A stretch of 64,000 nt of DNA from Shigella phage ESh15: the sequence record ON528725; one strand, given 5' to 3'. The notes under the pieces were generated by a model. That model was not told where the DNA came from. It saw only the letters and a list, made by a program, of their open reading frames with translations, and did no database searches. The translations under genes were made by a program, and so were the position numbers. Below are positions 19,814 to 32,600 of the stretch, piece by piece. How positions within the stretch are numbered: the stretch's first letter is position 1; every line of letters begins with the position of its first letter.

Positions 19814-20992
19814 TTAGAAATATTTTTTGTATGAATTGATTACATTTTGGTCTACATCATTATCAATTTGTGCGACAAGATAAGAACTGATTTCAACTTC
19901 CTGAGGAGCTGCTTGAACTAAATCAGAGTTCAGATATTCACGAATCCAAGGATACGGATGCTTGGTCGGAGCATCAGTGATTGGGCATGGCAAACCACAC
20001 TGTTTCATACGAGACACAGTCAAGTAATCAACAAAAGCGCACATGCTCTGCGTATTGATACCAGGGCATGTACCGTCTTTAAAGAGGTGTGCAGCCCATT
20101 CCTTCTCTTGACTATTTACTTCCATAAAAATGTCAACTGCTTCTTGTTCACATTCTTTAGCAATTTGAACCCACTCATCACCGTCAGTACCAGATTGAAG
20201 TTGACGGATAATGTACTGAGTACCCTTAAGGTGGAGTTGTTCGTCACGAGCAATGAACTTCATAATCTTTGCATTGCCTTCCATAATTTCCATGTTTTTA
20301 TGGAAGTTAAAGGTACATGCGAAAGATACATAAAAACGAATAGCTTCCAAGGCGTTAATTACATGAAGGCAAAGATAAAGAGATTTCATTAGCTCACGCT
20401 TCCAATATGTCTCATGCCCAATAGCATCTTCAATAACGTCTTCGTCTGCATTAATTTCTTTTTGGTATTCGATATCAGCTTTAGCGTTTTCCCAATAACG
20501 AGTTTTAACCAGAACATCATCGTAATATTTACCTATTGATTCAGCTCGTTTCATGATTGCTTCGTCTAATACAATCTCATCAAATACCTTAGATGGATCG
20601 GTATAAAGATTTCGCATAATATGAGTATATGAACGAGAGTGAATAGTTTCACTGAATGTCCATGTTGCAACCCATGTATCTAATGAAGGGTCGGAAATCA
20701 ATGCCATAAGTACCGCAGATGGGGCCCTGCCTTGGATAGAATCTAATAATGATTGATACTTAAGGTTGTTTGTAAAGATGTCCTGTTGGAACTGAGGAAG
20801 CTTATTGAACTGCGCAGAGTCCAACATCAAGTTTACCTCTTCTGGGCGCCAGAAAAACGACAATTGCTTTTCAATAAGTTCTTCAAAAACTTTATGACGC
20901 TGAATATCATACCGTGCAAGACCAAGGCCGGAACCAAAGAACATCGGTTCGTTCAAAACATCGACTTGCTGTGTATTAAAAACTGTACTCAT
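19814..20992 (-). CDS. nrdB: Aerobic ribonucleotide reductase small subunit
   Basis: 392 aa; contiguous ORF with no intron; adjacent to nrdA. Confidence 0.9.
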   Translation of the reverse strand: MSTVFNTQQVDVLNEPMFFGSGLGLARYDIQRHKVFEELIEKQLSFFWRPEEVNLMLDSAQFNKLPQFQQDIFTNNLKYQSLLDSIQGRAPSAVLMALISDPSLDTWVATWTFSETIHSRSYTHIMRNLYTDPSKVFDEIVLDEAIMKRAESIGKYYDDVLVKTRYWENAKADIEYQKEINADEDVIEDAIGHETYWKRELMKSLYLCLHVINALEAIRFYVSFACTFNFHKNMEIMEGNAKIMKFIARDEQLHLKGTQYIIRQLQSGTDGDEWVQIAKECEQEAVDIFMEVNSQEKEWAAHLFKDGTCPGINTQSMCAFVDYLTVSRMKQCGLPCPITDAPTKHPYPWIREYLNSDLVQAAPQEVEISSYLVAQIDNDVDQNVINSYKKYF

Positions 20993-21046
20993 TATATTTT
21001 CTCACTTAGTTATAACTCATCCATGAGTAAATTATAATCAAAAGTC

Positions 21047-23302
21047 TTAAAGCTTACAAGCAGAGCAATCTTCGGCTTTAGGTGTTTCTAATTCGTAGTC
21101 ATCTGTACCTGACCCATCACGAGTGTTATGATAGTAGAGATTTTTTCCGCCAAAGTACCAGAAGTAAAGCAGATCGTCAAGCATTACTGACATTGGCACT
21201 TTACCTTTCTCAAATACTGCAGGGTCATAGTAAGTATTAGCAGAAGCAGATTGGCACACCCATTTCAACATGATAGCAACTTGGGTCAAATAAGGTTTAT
21301 TACCTTTCTTAGCAAGTTTCCACGCGTAGTCGTAAAGACTCATGTTATGTTCGATATTAGGAACAACCTGTCGGAAGTTGCCTTCTTTAGATTCTTTAAT
21401 ACTTACAGGTCCACGAGGTGGCTCTATACCGTTTGTGCTATTTGAGACTTGACTGCTTGATTCGCATGGCATGAGTGCAGACAACGTTGAGTTACGAATT
21501 CCATGTTCTTTGAGTTCAGCTCGAAGTTCTTCCCAGTCACAGACGTAGTTCGGGGCTGCGATTTGGTCAATCTTTTTATTGTACCAGTCGATAGGTAATT
21601 CGCCTCTAGACCATTTAGTGTCTGAATAATACTCACAAGGTCCTTTTTCTTTGGCGAGTTTGATTGAAGCTTTGATAAGGCCATATTGCAATCTCTCAAA
21701 CAATTCATGAGTCAAATCGTTAGCGTCTTCATATGAAGCAAAGTTAGAAGCTAACCATGCAGCATAGTTCGTCACACCAACACCGAGATTTCGACGCTTT
21801 TTAGCTTTTAAAGCTTCTGGAACCGGATAATCTTGATAGTCTAACAGGTTATCAAGTGCACGTACTTGTACTTCAGCAAGTTCATTAATTTTATCTTGGT
21901 CTTGCCAATCAAATTTATCTAATACAAAAGCAGATAACGTGCATAAACCAATTTCAGCATCAGGACCATTCACATCATTAGTTGGAATAGCGATTTCACA
22001 ACATAAGTTACTCTGTCGAATTGGAGCTTTTTCACGAATAAACGGAGTGTAGTTATTCGTATTATCAACAAACTGTGGATAAATTCGAGCAGTACCAGAA
22101 CGTTCAGTCATGAACAGTTCAAAGAGTTCTAGTGCTTTGATTCTTTTCTTTCTGATTGTTGGGTCTTTTTCAGCTTTCTCATAAAGTTCACGGAATTTAT
22201 CTTGATCTTCAAAGAAAGAGTAATATAGTTCGCCTGACATTTCGTGAGGGCTAAATAAAGTAATATAATCATTTTTACCAAGGCGTTCCATCATGAGGTC
22301 ATTAATCTGAATTCCGTAGTCCATATGTCGAATACGGTTTTCATCCACACCTTTGTTATTTTTCAGAACCAACAGGTTCTCTACTTCTAAGTGCCACATC
22401 GGATAATACGCCGTAGCAGCACCACCACGAATACCACCTTGAGAACAAGATTTTACTGCAGTTTGGAAATGTTTCCAGAATGGAATAACACCAGTATGAC
22501 GAACTTCACCCATACCAATCTTAGAACCTTCTGCACGAAGCATACCAACGTTGATACCGATACCAGCTCGTTTAGAAATATATTCAATAATTGATGCTGA
22601 AGTTTTGTTAATAGATTTTAACGAATCACCGGCTTCAATAACTACACAACTAGAGAACTGGCGAGTTGGAGTACGAGCACCTGCCATAATTGGGGTAGGC
22701 AATGAAACTTGATGAGTAGAAACAGCATCATAAAAACGAATAATATGTTTCAAACGGTCATGAGTTTCGTCTTGATGTAAGGCCATACCAATAGCCATGA
22801 TAGCAAACTGTGGAGTTTCATAAATCTTCCCAGTTGTTTTATCTTTAACCAGGTATTTTTCTTTAAGCTGCATAGCACCAGCATAAGTCAGGTCAAAATC
22901 TCGTTCATGTTTAATTTGAGAATCGAGATAAATGATTTCTTCTGCAGAATATCTAGACAATAACTCAGGGTCGTATTTGCCTTCATTAACACAATATGAG
23001 ATATGGTCGATAAAAGCAGGAGGTTCAAACTGTCCATATACGTCTTTACGAAGCGCAAACATTAATCCTTTAGCGGCAACATATTGATAATCAGGTTCTT
23101 CGACAGAAATCGAGTTAGCTGCAACTTTAATACAAATCTTCTGGATATCTTTGGTGCTCATCCCATCAACCAGATGAGTCTTAATTTCTTCATACAATTC
23201 GTATGGGTCAATTTGTGTTCCTTCACATTGCCAAGTTAATACTTGAATAATTTTCTGTGCATCAAAATTTTGGGATACCCCACTGCTCTTAGTTACTTGC
23301 AT
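21047..23302 (-). CDS. nrdA: Aerobic ribonucleotide reductase large subunit
   Basis: 751 aa (T4 NrdA 754 aa); class I RNR motifs including C-terminal CxxC (DCSACKL). Confidence 0.92.
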   Translation of the reverse strand: MQVTKSSGVSQNFDAQKIIQVLTWQCEGTQIDPYELYEEIKTHLVDGMSTKDIQKICIKVAANSISVEEPDYQYVAAKGLMFALRKDVYGQFEPPAFIDHISYCVNEGKYDPELLSRYSAEEIIYLDSQIKHERDFDLTYAGAMQLKEKYLVKDKTTGKIYETPQFAIMAIGMALHQDETHDRLKHIIRFYDAVSTHQVSLPTPIMAGARTPTRQFSSCVVIEAGDSLKSINKTSASIIEYISKRAGIGINVGMLRAEGSKIGMGEVRHTGVIPFWKHFQTAVKSCSQGGIRGGAATAYYPMWHLEVENLLVLKNNKGVDENRIRHMDYGIQINDLMMERLGKNDYITLFSPHEMSGELYYSFFEDQDKFRELYEKAEKDPTIRKKRIKALELFELFMTERSGTARIYPQFVDNTNNYTPFIREKAPIRQSNLCCEIAIPTNDVNGPDAEIGLCTLSAFVLDKFDWQDQDKINELAEVQVRALDNLLDYQDYPVPEALKAKKRRNLGVGVTNYAAWLASNFASYEDANDLTHELFERLQYGLIKASIKLAKEKGPCEYYSDTKWSRGELPIDWYNKKIDQIAAPNYVCDWEELRAELKEHGIRNSTLSALMPCESSSQVSNSTNGIEPPRGPVSIKESKEGNFRQVVPNIEHNMSLYDYAWKLAKKGNKPYLTQVAIMLKWVCQSASANTYYDPAVFEKGKVPMSVMLDDLLYFWYFGGKNLYYHNTRDGSGTDDYELETPKAEDCSACKL

Positions 23303-23389
23303 ATATTCCTCAGTATAGGTTGATAGACATTACTCCAAACGGGATAGTATTTATCCCGTTAATTTATTATATACTTTTAAACTGAAGCG

Positions 23390-23644
23390 TTAATTATTCT
23401 CAGCAATAATTTCTTTATATTCTTTAGGAGTCAAGACCGTGATATCGAAATAAACCAACGGTTCTTTTTCTATACCATAACCACCACAAAATTCACGATA
23501 TTCATAAATTCGTTCATGTGAATGGCAAATGAATCGTTCACCTTTAACTGTGATTTCACTATTTGGTGAAGGGATATCCAGTTCACTTGGATTTTTCATT
23601 TCAAAAATTGTGGTGCCATATGAATTAATAAAACGTAAAATCAT
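23390..23644 (-). CDS. Hypothetical small protein (nrdA.1-position)
   Basis: 84 aa minus-strand ORF between td and nrdA. Confidence 0.45.
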   Translation of the reverse strand: MILRFINSYGTTIFEMKNPSELDIPSPNSEITVKGERFICHSHERIYEYREFCGGYGIEKEPLVYFDITVLTPKEYKEIIAENN

Positions 23645-23645
23645 T

Positions 23646-25341
<1,696 letters not shown>

Positions 25342-25481
25342 TTTATTCTCCTTAACAAGCTTTAATCAAAAGATATAAACAAACTAACATAACCACTGCC
25401 ATAATATAAGGTGCTAACATTTTGATTTCCTCTCATTTGTTTTGATAGGACTACTATAACATAGCCCTATCTTGTTGTATA

Positions 25482-25871
25482 CTACTTTTTAAAAGTTTTT
25501 TGCAAAAGTTCGATGATTTCGTCGACGTTAGTTTCATCTACTACACAATGAATTTTTGTTACACCTAAAACTATGCCTTCGTTAACCGGTTGAGGCTTTT
25601 CTAAAGTTACCTCGTTGAAGTATTTGAATTCTTCAGGGTAAAGTTCAAAATATGTCTCTTCCGGACCACCAGCAGAACATTCTGTGCCATCTTCCATGGT
25701 TACACATACTACGTTTAGGCATCCATCATAATCATGTTCCATTCCATTTACAACAAAACTTGGACCATGCTTCTCAAGCAAATCTAGCATAAAGCCGTTA
25801 TTGTACGGGGCCTCTTCGATGAATTCATCTTTAAATAAAGGGTTAAAGATATAAGTTTTTCCGATTTCCAT
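25482..25871 (-). CDS. Hypothetical protein, tandem paralogue A
   Basis: 129 aa; shares GKTYI, DLLE/DLIELHGPSFVV, TMEDGTE/TMQDGTE and YFELY blocks with the adjacent ORF. Confidence 0.5.
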   Translation of the reverse strand: MEIGKTYIFNPLFKDEFIEEAPYNNGFMLDLLEKHGPSFVVNGMEHDYDGCLNVVCVTMEDGTECSAGGPEETYFELYPEEFKYFNEVTLEKPQPVNEGIVLGVTKIHCVVDETNVDEIIELLQKTFKK

Positions 25872-25900
25872 TTTGATTTCCTCGTTTGTTGATTAATAAA

Positions 25901-26263
25901 TTATTTTATTCCAAAAATTTCTTTAATTTCTGCAATCACATCTCGAGCATTTTCTACAGTAACTTCAAAGATGAGTGACTGTTTAGAAATAGACTCTGGA
26001 GATACCTCGATGAAGTGTTTGAACTCATCATCGTAAAGCTCAAAATATGAACCTGGAGGACCATCAAAACCAAATTCAGTACCGTCTTGCATAGTTACGC
26101 TGGTTACGCATTTATCATCATCGTACTCAGTGTTCATGTCCTTTACAACAAAACTAGGACCATGGAGCTCAATCAAATCCAACATATCAGCATTTTGTGG
26201 GCATTCATTGGCAAATGCAGCTTTACATTCTGGATTGATGATGTACGTTTTTCCAATTTTCAT
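25901..26263 (-). CDS. Hypothetical protein, tandem paralogue B
   Basis: 120 aa; paralogous to 25482-25871. Confidence 0.5.
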   Translation of the reverse strand: MKIGKTYIINPECKAAFANECPQNADMLDLIELHGPSFVVKDMNTEYDDDKCVTSVTMQDGTEFGFDGPPGSYFELYDDEFKHFIEVSPESISKQSLIFEVTVENARDVIAEIKEIFGIK

Positions 26264-26284
26264 TTCGATTTCCTCATTTGTTTT

Positions 26285-26322
26285 GATAGGTCTATAGTAT
26301 CATATCTCAAGGAGAAGTAAAC
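26285..26322 (-). promoter_or_regulatory. Early promoter cassette
   Basis: Plus strand GATAGGTCTATAGTATCATATCTCAAGGAGAAGTAAAC; upstream of ORF 25901-26263. Confidence 0.5.
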
Positions 26323-26353
26323 AACTTTTTCGGTAATTTACAGATACTCAAAA

Positions 26354-26371
26354 GGGAGACCGAAGTCTCCC
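26354..26371 (-). terminator. Intrinsic terminator after gene 32
   Basis: GGGAGAC-CGAA-GTCTCCC followed by UUUUG in the minus-strand transcript. Confidence 0.65.
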
Positions 26372-26377
26372 GATTTA

Positions 26378-27280
26378 TTATAGACCGGCTAACAGGTCAT
26401 CGAGGTCACCATCATCAGAGGATGAGGTAGAGCTCATGAAGTCATCTTCAGTTTTTGCAGAGCTAAAGGCTTCCATGTCTTTATCAAAATCGTCAAGGTC
26501 AGAAGCAACTTTATCTGCAACAGAAGCTGCTGCGGCTGCTGCACCACCAAGAGCGGCAGTACCAAGAACCTTAGCGAAAGATTCATTTAATTTTTCAAAG
26601 GATTTGAACTGGTCTTTAGCCGTCAAAGTAGTAAGGTCTACCATCTGGTCATATAGTTCTTTCTGGAATGCTTCGTCATTAATACGAGGAATTTCAGATT
26701 GACCCAAGAATTTAGATTCGTCATAGTTGCTAAAACCGGAAACCTGCTTAGCTTTCAGAACGAAGTTAGCACCTTCAAACGGACAAGTAACATCAACTGG
26801 AGTTTCACCCATTTCGGTATCAACTGCAATCATTGCATTGATTTTGTCCCAAATCTTTTTACCGAAACGATATTTAAATACTTTACCTTCGTTATCTGGA
26901 GCTTGAGGGTCTTTAACAACCAGAATATTAGCCCAATAAGAAGTTTTACGTTTCAGTTGAGAATATTCAGTTTTGTTTGTATTGTACAGGTCATTTTTAC
27001 TAATGTACTGACATACAGGACAAGAGTCGTAATCACCATGTGTAGAAGAGCAATTTTCAATATACCATTTACCATTTTTCTTGAAACCGTGGTTAACAAG
27101 AATTGCAAATGGTAGTGCATCATCAGTTTTTGCTGGCAAGAAACGAATTACCGCTTGACCATTACCTGATGCATCTAGCTTCAGCTTCCATTCGCCTTTA
27201 TCTTCTGAAGAGAAACCTTTGTTACCGTTCAGTTTAGCCATTTGAGCAGCGAGGTCAGCAGTAGATTTACGTTTAAACAT
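26378..27280 (-). CDS. 32: Single-stranded DNA-binding protein gp32
   Basis: 300 aa (T4 gp32 301 aa); acidic C-terminal tail; zinc-binding Cys/His region. Confidence 0.92.
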   Translation of the reverse strand: MFKRKSTADLAAQMAKLNGNKGFSSEDKGEWKLKLDASGNGQAVIRFLPAKTDDALPFAILVNHGFKKNGKWYIENCSSTHGDYDSCPVCQYISKNDLYNTNKTEYSQLKRKTSYWANILVVKDPQAPDNEGKVFKYRFGKKIWDKINAMIAVDTEMGETPVDVTCPFEGANFVLKAKQVSGFSNYDESKFLGQSEIPRINDEAFQKELYDQMVDLTTLTAKDQFKSFEKLNESFAKVLGTAALGGAAAAAASVADKVASDLDDFDKDMEAFSSAKTEDDFMSSTSSSDDGDLDDLLAGL

Positions 27281-27359
27281 TATATTTACCTTTATTTAGA
27301 TTATTTAATTTATTTACAGTTGGTTGCTACGACACTTATACCTCGTAGCTGGTATGATT

Positions 27360-27367
27360 TATTTATA
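27360..27367 (-). promoter_or_regulatory. Possible late promoter upstream of gene 32
   Basis: Reverse complement TATAAATA about 80 nt upstream of the gp32 start. Confidence 0.45.
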
Positions 27368-27396
27368 AAGTAATTTTAACACACAAGAAATAAAGC

Positions 27397-28050
27397 TTAA
27401 TACTTACATGATTTGATTGTTTCTATGAACAATTTCTTAGCAGCATTTCCATCGATTTGAAGTATTTTTCGATATGCCTTTAATTTGGTAGAATAATTTT
27501 GCCAGACTAAATTGTCAGTAAGTTCGTCATGCTTATCTATAATATTCAAGAATGAATCCAACAACAAGAAGGTTTCAAATGAAATTATATTGCTTTGTAG
27601 CAATTTAAATATGTAGCTCGACTGAACTTTATTATTATAATCAAATATCTCTTGAAGCGCACTAACTTCCACTTTCTTACTAAAATAGTAGATGTTACGT
27701 ACATCTTCAGCAAACGTCTCCTTGGCTTGTTTGAGACGTCCAATATATTCCCTATAGAAAACTAATGCATCAGCGTCTGATATCTCACCAATCCATGCAT
27801 CTTGGTTAGCAACTAAGTTGCTTATGAATATTAAGGTGAGTTCCTTTAACTTATATTTCTCTGCTAGTTTCTCAAAGAAATATTTATCTCGGCGTTTTTG
27901 ATACGCATTATCCGAAACACGCATGCACCAGTTATATTTGATTACGTCATACCGACCATTAAAATGTTGTTTGCACATCAAGTATAGTTTGTATACCGAT
28001 TTTCCGTTAATATAACGTTCTCCATCAGGAGGCATGCGTATTTTAATCAT
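27397..28050 (-). CDS. 59: Helicase loader gp59
   Basis: 217 aa, same as T4 gp59; near-identical to remembered T4 sequence over most of its length. Confidence 0.9.
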   Translation of the reverse strand: MIKIRMPPDGERYINGKSVYKLYLMCKQHFNGRYDVIKYNWCMRVSDNAYQKRRDKYFFEKLAEKYKLKELTLIFISNLVANQDAWIGEISDADALVFYREYIGRLKQAKETFAEDVRNIYYFSKKVEVSALQEIFDYNNKVQSSYIFKLLQSNIISFETFLLLDSFLNIIDKHDELTDNLVWQNYSTKLKAYRKILQIDGNAAKKLFIETIKSCKY

Positions 28051-28385
28051 AATAAGAAATCTAACGTATTAGTTTTTTCACCACGAGCAACTGATGGGCG
28101 AAGCATGTTTTCGTCAATTGCTTCACTTGTAATTTTTTCAACAATTCCTGTAGGAATAAATTTAGCGAATTGTGTTTCTGGAATAGAATTTTCTTCCAAG
28201 AAAGCAGTTGTTGCTTCTAAATAAGACATACCAAATTGTTCAACCATGGATTCGATAATGAACCCGTTTTCTTGACGGTCAAGCAATTTAGCGATATCAT
28301 CTTTATCATGTTTTACTGCTAATTCTTGTTCAGATAAACCGGCCTCATCAACCGGTTTAATATCACTTAGTGAAAACTGTGTCAT
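28047..28385 (-). CDS. 33: Late transcription co-activator gp33
   Basis: 112 aa, same as T4 gp33; position between 59 and dsbA. Confidence 0.8.
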   Translation of the reverse strand: MTQFSLSDIKPVDEAGLSEQELAVKHDKDDIAKLLDRQENGFIIESMVEQFGMSYLEATTAFLEENSIPETQFAKFIPTGIVEKITSEAIDENMLRPSVARGEKTNTLDFLL

Positions 28386-28632
28386 AAAGCTCGACTACCT
28401 CTTCGTTTTCAGCTTCAAATTGGTCACGAGCATCTTTATGATAAAGAGCTAACAAACGATTAAACATTTTTCCATCAACGCCAAGCTCTTCTTTAGCACG
28501 AGTACGAATGTCTTTAATCAGTTCATTATAACCAGAAATTTTAAGTTTGTTATCGGAAGCTTCCTTGACTAGTTTAGCCAGTTCTTCACCATGCACATCT
28601 TGATTAAATTCAACTGCTTCTTTCTTAGCCAT
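28363..28632 (-). CDS. dsbA: dsDNA-binding protein DsbA (late transcription enhancer)
   Basis: 89 aa from internal ATG (MAKKEAVEF), same size as T4 DsbA; position between rnh and 33. Confidence 0.7.
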   Translation of the reverse strand: MAKKEAVEFNQDVHGEELAKLVKEASDNKLKISGYNELIKDIRTRAKEELGVDGKMFNRLLALYHKDARDQFEAENEEVVELYDTVFTK

Positions 28633-28639
28633 GTTTACC

Positions 28640-29557
28640 TCAGAATTCATTAATTACACTTGTTAATTTAGAAAGACCAGATTTTACAAAGTATGAATAA
28701 ATCTTGCCTTTAGGTTGTTGTTTATATGAGTTATAATACTCTATAATGGTTGAAGCAATATTATCAGGGATATAATCAAAATCAATGAGAACCAAATTTT
28801 CTTGGTACCGTTTATATTCTTCTGCACTTAATAATACTTTAGCTTGAGAACGGTCATTAGCAATTGCTTCAATAATCGTTGTTTTCATGCTCGGAGTTCG
28901 TTCACCTTCAACTCGAGTAAACCAGAAATCACCACGAACTCGAACAGACGCAACACCATCCTTACGGTCGCCTTTAAGAATTTTAGTCATGCAATCAATT
29001 TCAGCAGAACCGTTCTTAATTTTAACCCATTTTTTCTGTGGTGGCGACCACTGTTTAACGTTAGGATATTTGTGTAATTGTGTAAAGTCACCATCTGATG
29101 CAACAATACATACCTTATGACCAGCTAATGACAAATATTTAGTTAATACACCAATATGGTCATCCGCTTCATACTTGTCAATATCCATTACAACGTATGG
29201 CATGTATTTCTTAATCTCATCAACAACTTGATGGAGTGCAGTAAAATATCCTTCCCAATCCCACTTTGAAGCTTCACGATCGGTTTTACGATTTTTCTTA
29301 TAATAGTAAGCAAAGTCACGTCGCCAATAACCTGAAGTAGCATTATCCATACACAATACAAATTTTGTATAGCCTTGCTTACGGAACATCACTACGTTTT
29401 TACGAATTGAATTCAAGATTACATGCCGAACCATTGGAACAGTAATTTTATCGCCGTCTTCAAAGTTGTTTAATGCGGCGGCCAATGCAATGTTACTAAA
29501 GTCGGCAAGTGCAATACCTTCTTTGTAATCTTCATCCAACATCATTTCTAAATCCAT
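28640..29557 (-). CDS. rnh: RNase H / 5'-3' exonuclease (flap endonuclease family)
   Basis: 305 aa, same as T4 RNase H; position before the tail-fibre operon. Confidence 0.9.
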   Translation of the reverse strand: MDLEMMLDEDYKEGIALADFSNIALAAALNNFEDGDKITVPMVRHVILNSIRKNVVMFRKQGYTKFVLCMDNATSGYWRRDFAYYYKKNRKTDREASKWDWEGYFTALHQVVDEIKKYMPYVVMDIDKYEADDHIGVLTKYLSLAGHKVCIVASDGDFTQLHKYPNVKQWSPPQKKWVKIKNGSAEIDCMTKILKGDRKDGVASVRVRGDFWFTRVEGERTPSMKTTIIEAIANDRSQAKVLLSAEEYKRYQENLVLIDFDYIPDNIASTIIEYYNSYKQQPKGKIYSYFVKSGLSKLTSVINEF

Positions 29558-29584
29558 ATGAACCTCTTGTTCAGTTAGTCAACT

Positions 29585-29619
29585 TGACTATAGTAACACA
29601 CTCATTTGAAAGCGTAAAC
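29585..29619 (-). promoter_or_regulatory. Early promoter candidate upstream of rnh
   Basis: GTTTAC on minus strand about 55 nt upstream of the rnh start, back-to-back with the gene 34 late promoter. Confidence 0.45.
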
Positions 29620-29622
29620 TGG

Positions 29623-29630
29623 TATAAATA
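29623..29630 (+). promoter_or_regulatory. Late promoter TATAAATA for gene 34
   Basis: Exact TATAAATA about 30 nt upstream of the gp34 start. Confidence 0.7.
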
Positions 29631-29660
29631 AGTATTATTGAAACAATAAAGGAAAAACGA

Positions 29661-32600
29661 ATGGCCGACATCAAACGTAAGTTCAGAGCCGAAGACGGTC
29701 TGGACGCCGGTGGCGACAAGATTGTTAACGTAGCATTAGCCGACCGTACAGTAGGTACTGATGGCGTAAACGTTGACTTCCTTGTACAAGAAAACACCGT
29801 TCAAGTATATGATTCTACGCGTGGATATAACAAAGGATTTGTTGTTCTTTATGACAACCGTTTATATCAAGCAATAAATGATATCGTGTCTCCTTCCGGG
29901 GCATTTAACCTTTTACAATGGCGTGCAGTTCGTACTGATGCACAATGGATAACTGTAGCTTCTGGGGCTTATCAACTTTCTTCAGGTGAATCGATTTCGG
30001 TTAACACTGGTGCCGGCAATGATATGGTTTTCACGTTGCCAAATACTCCGGTTGATGGTGATACTGTTGTTTTGGCTGATATTGGTGGACGAACCGGGAC
30101 AGTTAAAGTACAGATTAACGCGTCTGTACAGAGTATTTTAAACTTTAGAGGTGAACAAGTTCGTACAGTTTTAATGACGCGCCCACGTTCACAACTATTG
30201 TTTGTGTTTAGTAATCGTTTGTGGCAGATGTATATTACCGATTATGGTAAAGAATCAATCACTGTTACACCTGCGACACCATATCAAGCACAAGCAAATG
30301 ATTTTATCGTTCGTCGTTTTACTAGTGCAGCACCAATCAACATTACACTTCCACGTAATGCTAACAATGGTGATATAATCAGCCTAGTCGATTTAGATAG
30401 ATTAAACCCACTGTATCATACATTTGTTAAAACATTTGATGATACAACGTCTATTGGTGAAGTCGGGACTCATATTGCCGAAGGCAGAAATGACTCTGAC
30501 GCGTTTTTTGTTTTTGATGCTGCAAATAGTTTATGGCGTATATGGGAAGGAGACCAGAAATCGCGTCTTCGTATTATCCGTGCGGATTCAAATATTCGAC
30601 CAAATGAAGAAGTTCTTATTTTTGGCACAAATAACGCTACACACGGAACTATTAATCTTACGCTGCCTTCCGGAATTTTGAGCGGTGACACTGTTAAAAT
30701 TTCAATGAACTACATGCGTAAAGGCCAAACGGTAAAAATTAAAGCTGCCGAAGGTGATACAATTGCTTCTTCTGTCGCATTACTTCAGTTCCCTAAACGT
30801 TCTGAATATCCACCTGATGCTCAATGGGTCTCTGTTACTGAACTAGAATTCAATGGTACTACTTCATATGTTCCTGTATTAGAATTAGCGTATATCGAAG
30901 ACACCGTTGCTGGTACACGCTATTGGGTTGTTCAACAAAACGTCCCAACTGTAGAACGTGTCGATGCTGGAACTGATACAACTAGAGCTCGTGTAGGTGT
31001 TATTGCTCTTGCAACTCAGGCACAGGCAAATGTTGATTTTGAAAATTCTCCGGCTAAAGAAGTTGCTATTACTCCGGAAACATTGGCAAATCGTACAGCA
31101 ACTGAAGCTAGACGTGGTATCGCTAAAATTGCTACAACAGCACAAGTTAACCAGAATTCCACAGCATCATTTGTGGACGATACTATTGTTACGCCTAAAA
31201 AACTAAATGAGCGTACAGCAACTGAAACTCGTCGTGGTCTTGCTGAAATTGCTACTCAGGTTGAAACCGATGCTGGTCTTGATGACACAACGATTATTAC
31301 ACCTAAGAAATTACAGGCACGTCAGGGTTCTGAAACACTATCTGGTATAGTTAAATATGTATCAACTACTTCTGCTACTCCTGCTGAAACTCGTGGGGCC
31401 GCAGGCACTAATGTTTATAATAAAACCGTAAATAATTTAACTATTTCTCCTAAAGCCCTTGACCAATATAAAGCAACTTATGCTCAACAAGGTGCAGTAA
31501 TTTTAGCTGTTGATAGTGAAGTAATTGCTGGTCAATCTCAAGCAGGTTATTCTCATGCTGTAGTAACTCCTGAAACACTACATAAGAAAACTTCTACTGA
31601 TGGACGTATTGGTTTAATTGAAATTGCTACGCAAGCAGAAACTAATGCTGGGACTGATTATACACGTGCAGTAACGCCTAAGACGTTAAATGATAGGAAA
31701 GCTACGGAAGGATTATCCGGCATAGCCGAAATTGCTACGCAAGTTGAATTTGATACTGGAACTGATGATACTCGTATCTCGACTCCACTGAAAATTAAAA
31801 CTCATTTTGATTCTTCTGACCGTACCAGTGTTAATTCTGATTCCGGACTTATTGAAGAAGGAACCTTGTGGAACCATTATACTCTTGATATTTCTAAAGC
31901 AAATGAAACACAACGTGGTACACTTCGCGTAGCGACCCAGGCAGAATCTAATGCAGGAACTTTAGATGATGTTCTTATTACTCCTAAAAAGCTTTTAGGG
32001 ACTAAGTCCACTGAAACGTCTGAAGGTGTAATTAAGGTTGCTACTCAGGCTGAAACTGTAACAGGAACTTCTACTAATACTGCTGTATCTCCTAAGAATT
32101 TAAAATGGATTGTCCAGAATGAACCAACATGGGCTGCTACCACAGCAATTCGTGGATTCGTTAAAACTTCATCCGGTTCTATTACATTTGTTGGTAATGA
32201 TACAGTCGGTTCAACGCAACCTTTAGAATCATATGAAAAAAATAGCTATGCTATATCTCCATATGAATTAAACCGTGTACTTGCTAACTATTTGCCATTA
32301 AAAGCAAAAGCTGCTGACGCAAATTTATTAGATGGTCTAGATTCATCTCAGTTCATTCGTAGGGATATTGCACAGACGGTTAATGGTTCACTAACCTTAA
32401 CCCAACAAACGAATCTGAGTGCCCCTCTTGTATCATCTAGTACTGCTACGTTTGGTGGTTCAGTTTCGGCAAATAGTACATTAACTATTTCTAATACCGG
32501 AACAGCTACTCGTCTGATTTTTGAGAAAGGACCTCAAACTGGAACTAACCCAGCGCAGACGATGAGTATCAGAGTTTGGGGAAATCAGTTTGGTGGCGGT

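Noticed and set aside
19958-20392. 144-aa plus-strand ORF
   Set aside because: Antisense within nrdB; shadow ORF.
26699-27115. 138-aa plus-strand ORF
   Set aside because: Antisense within gene 32; shadow ORF.
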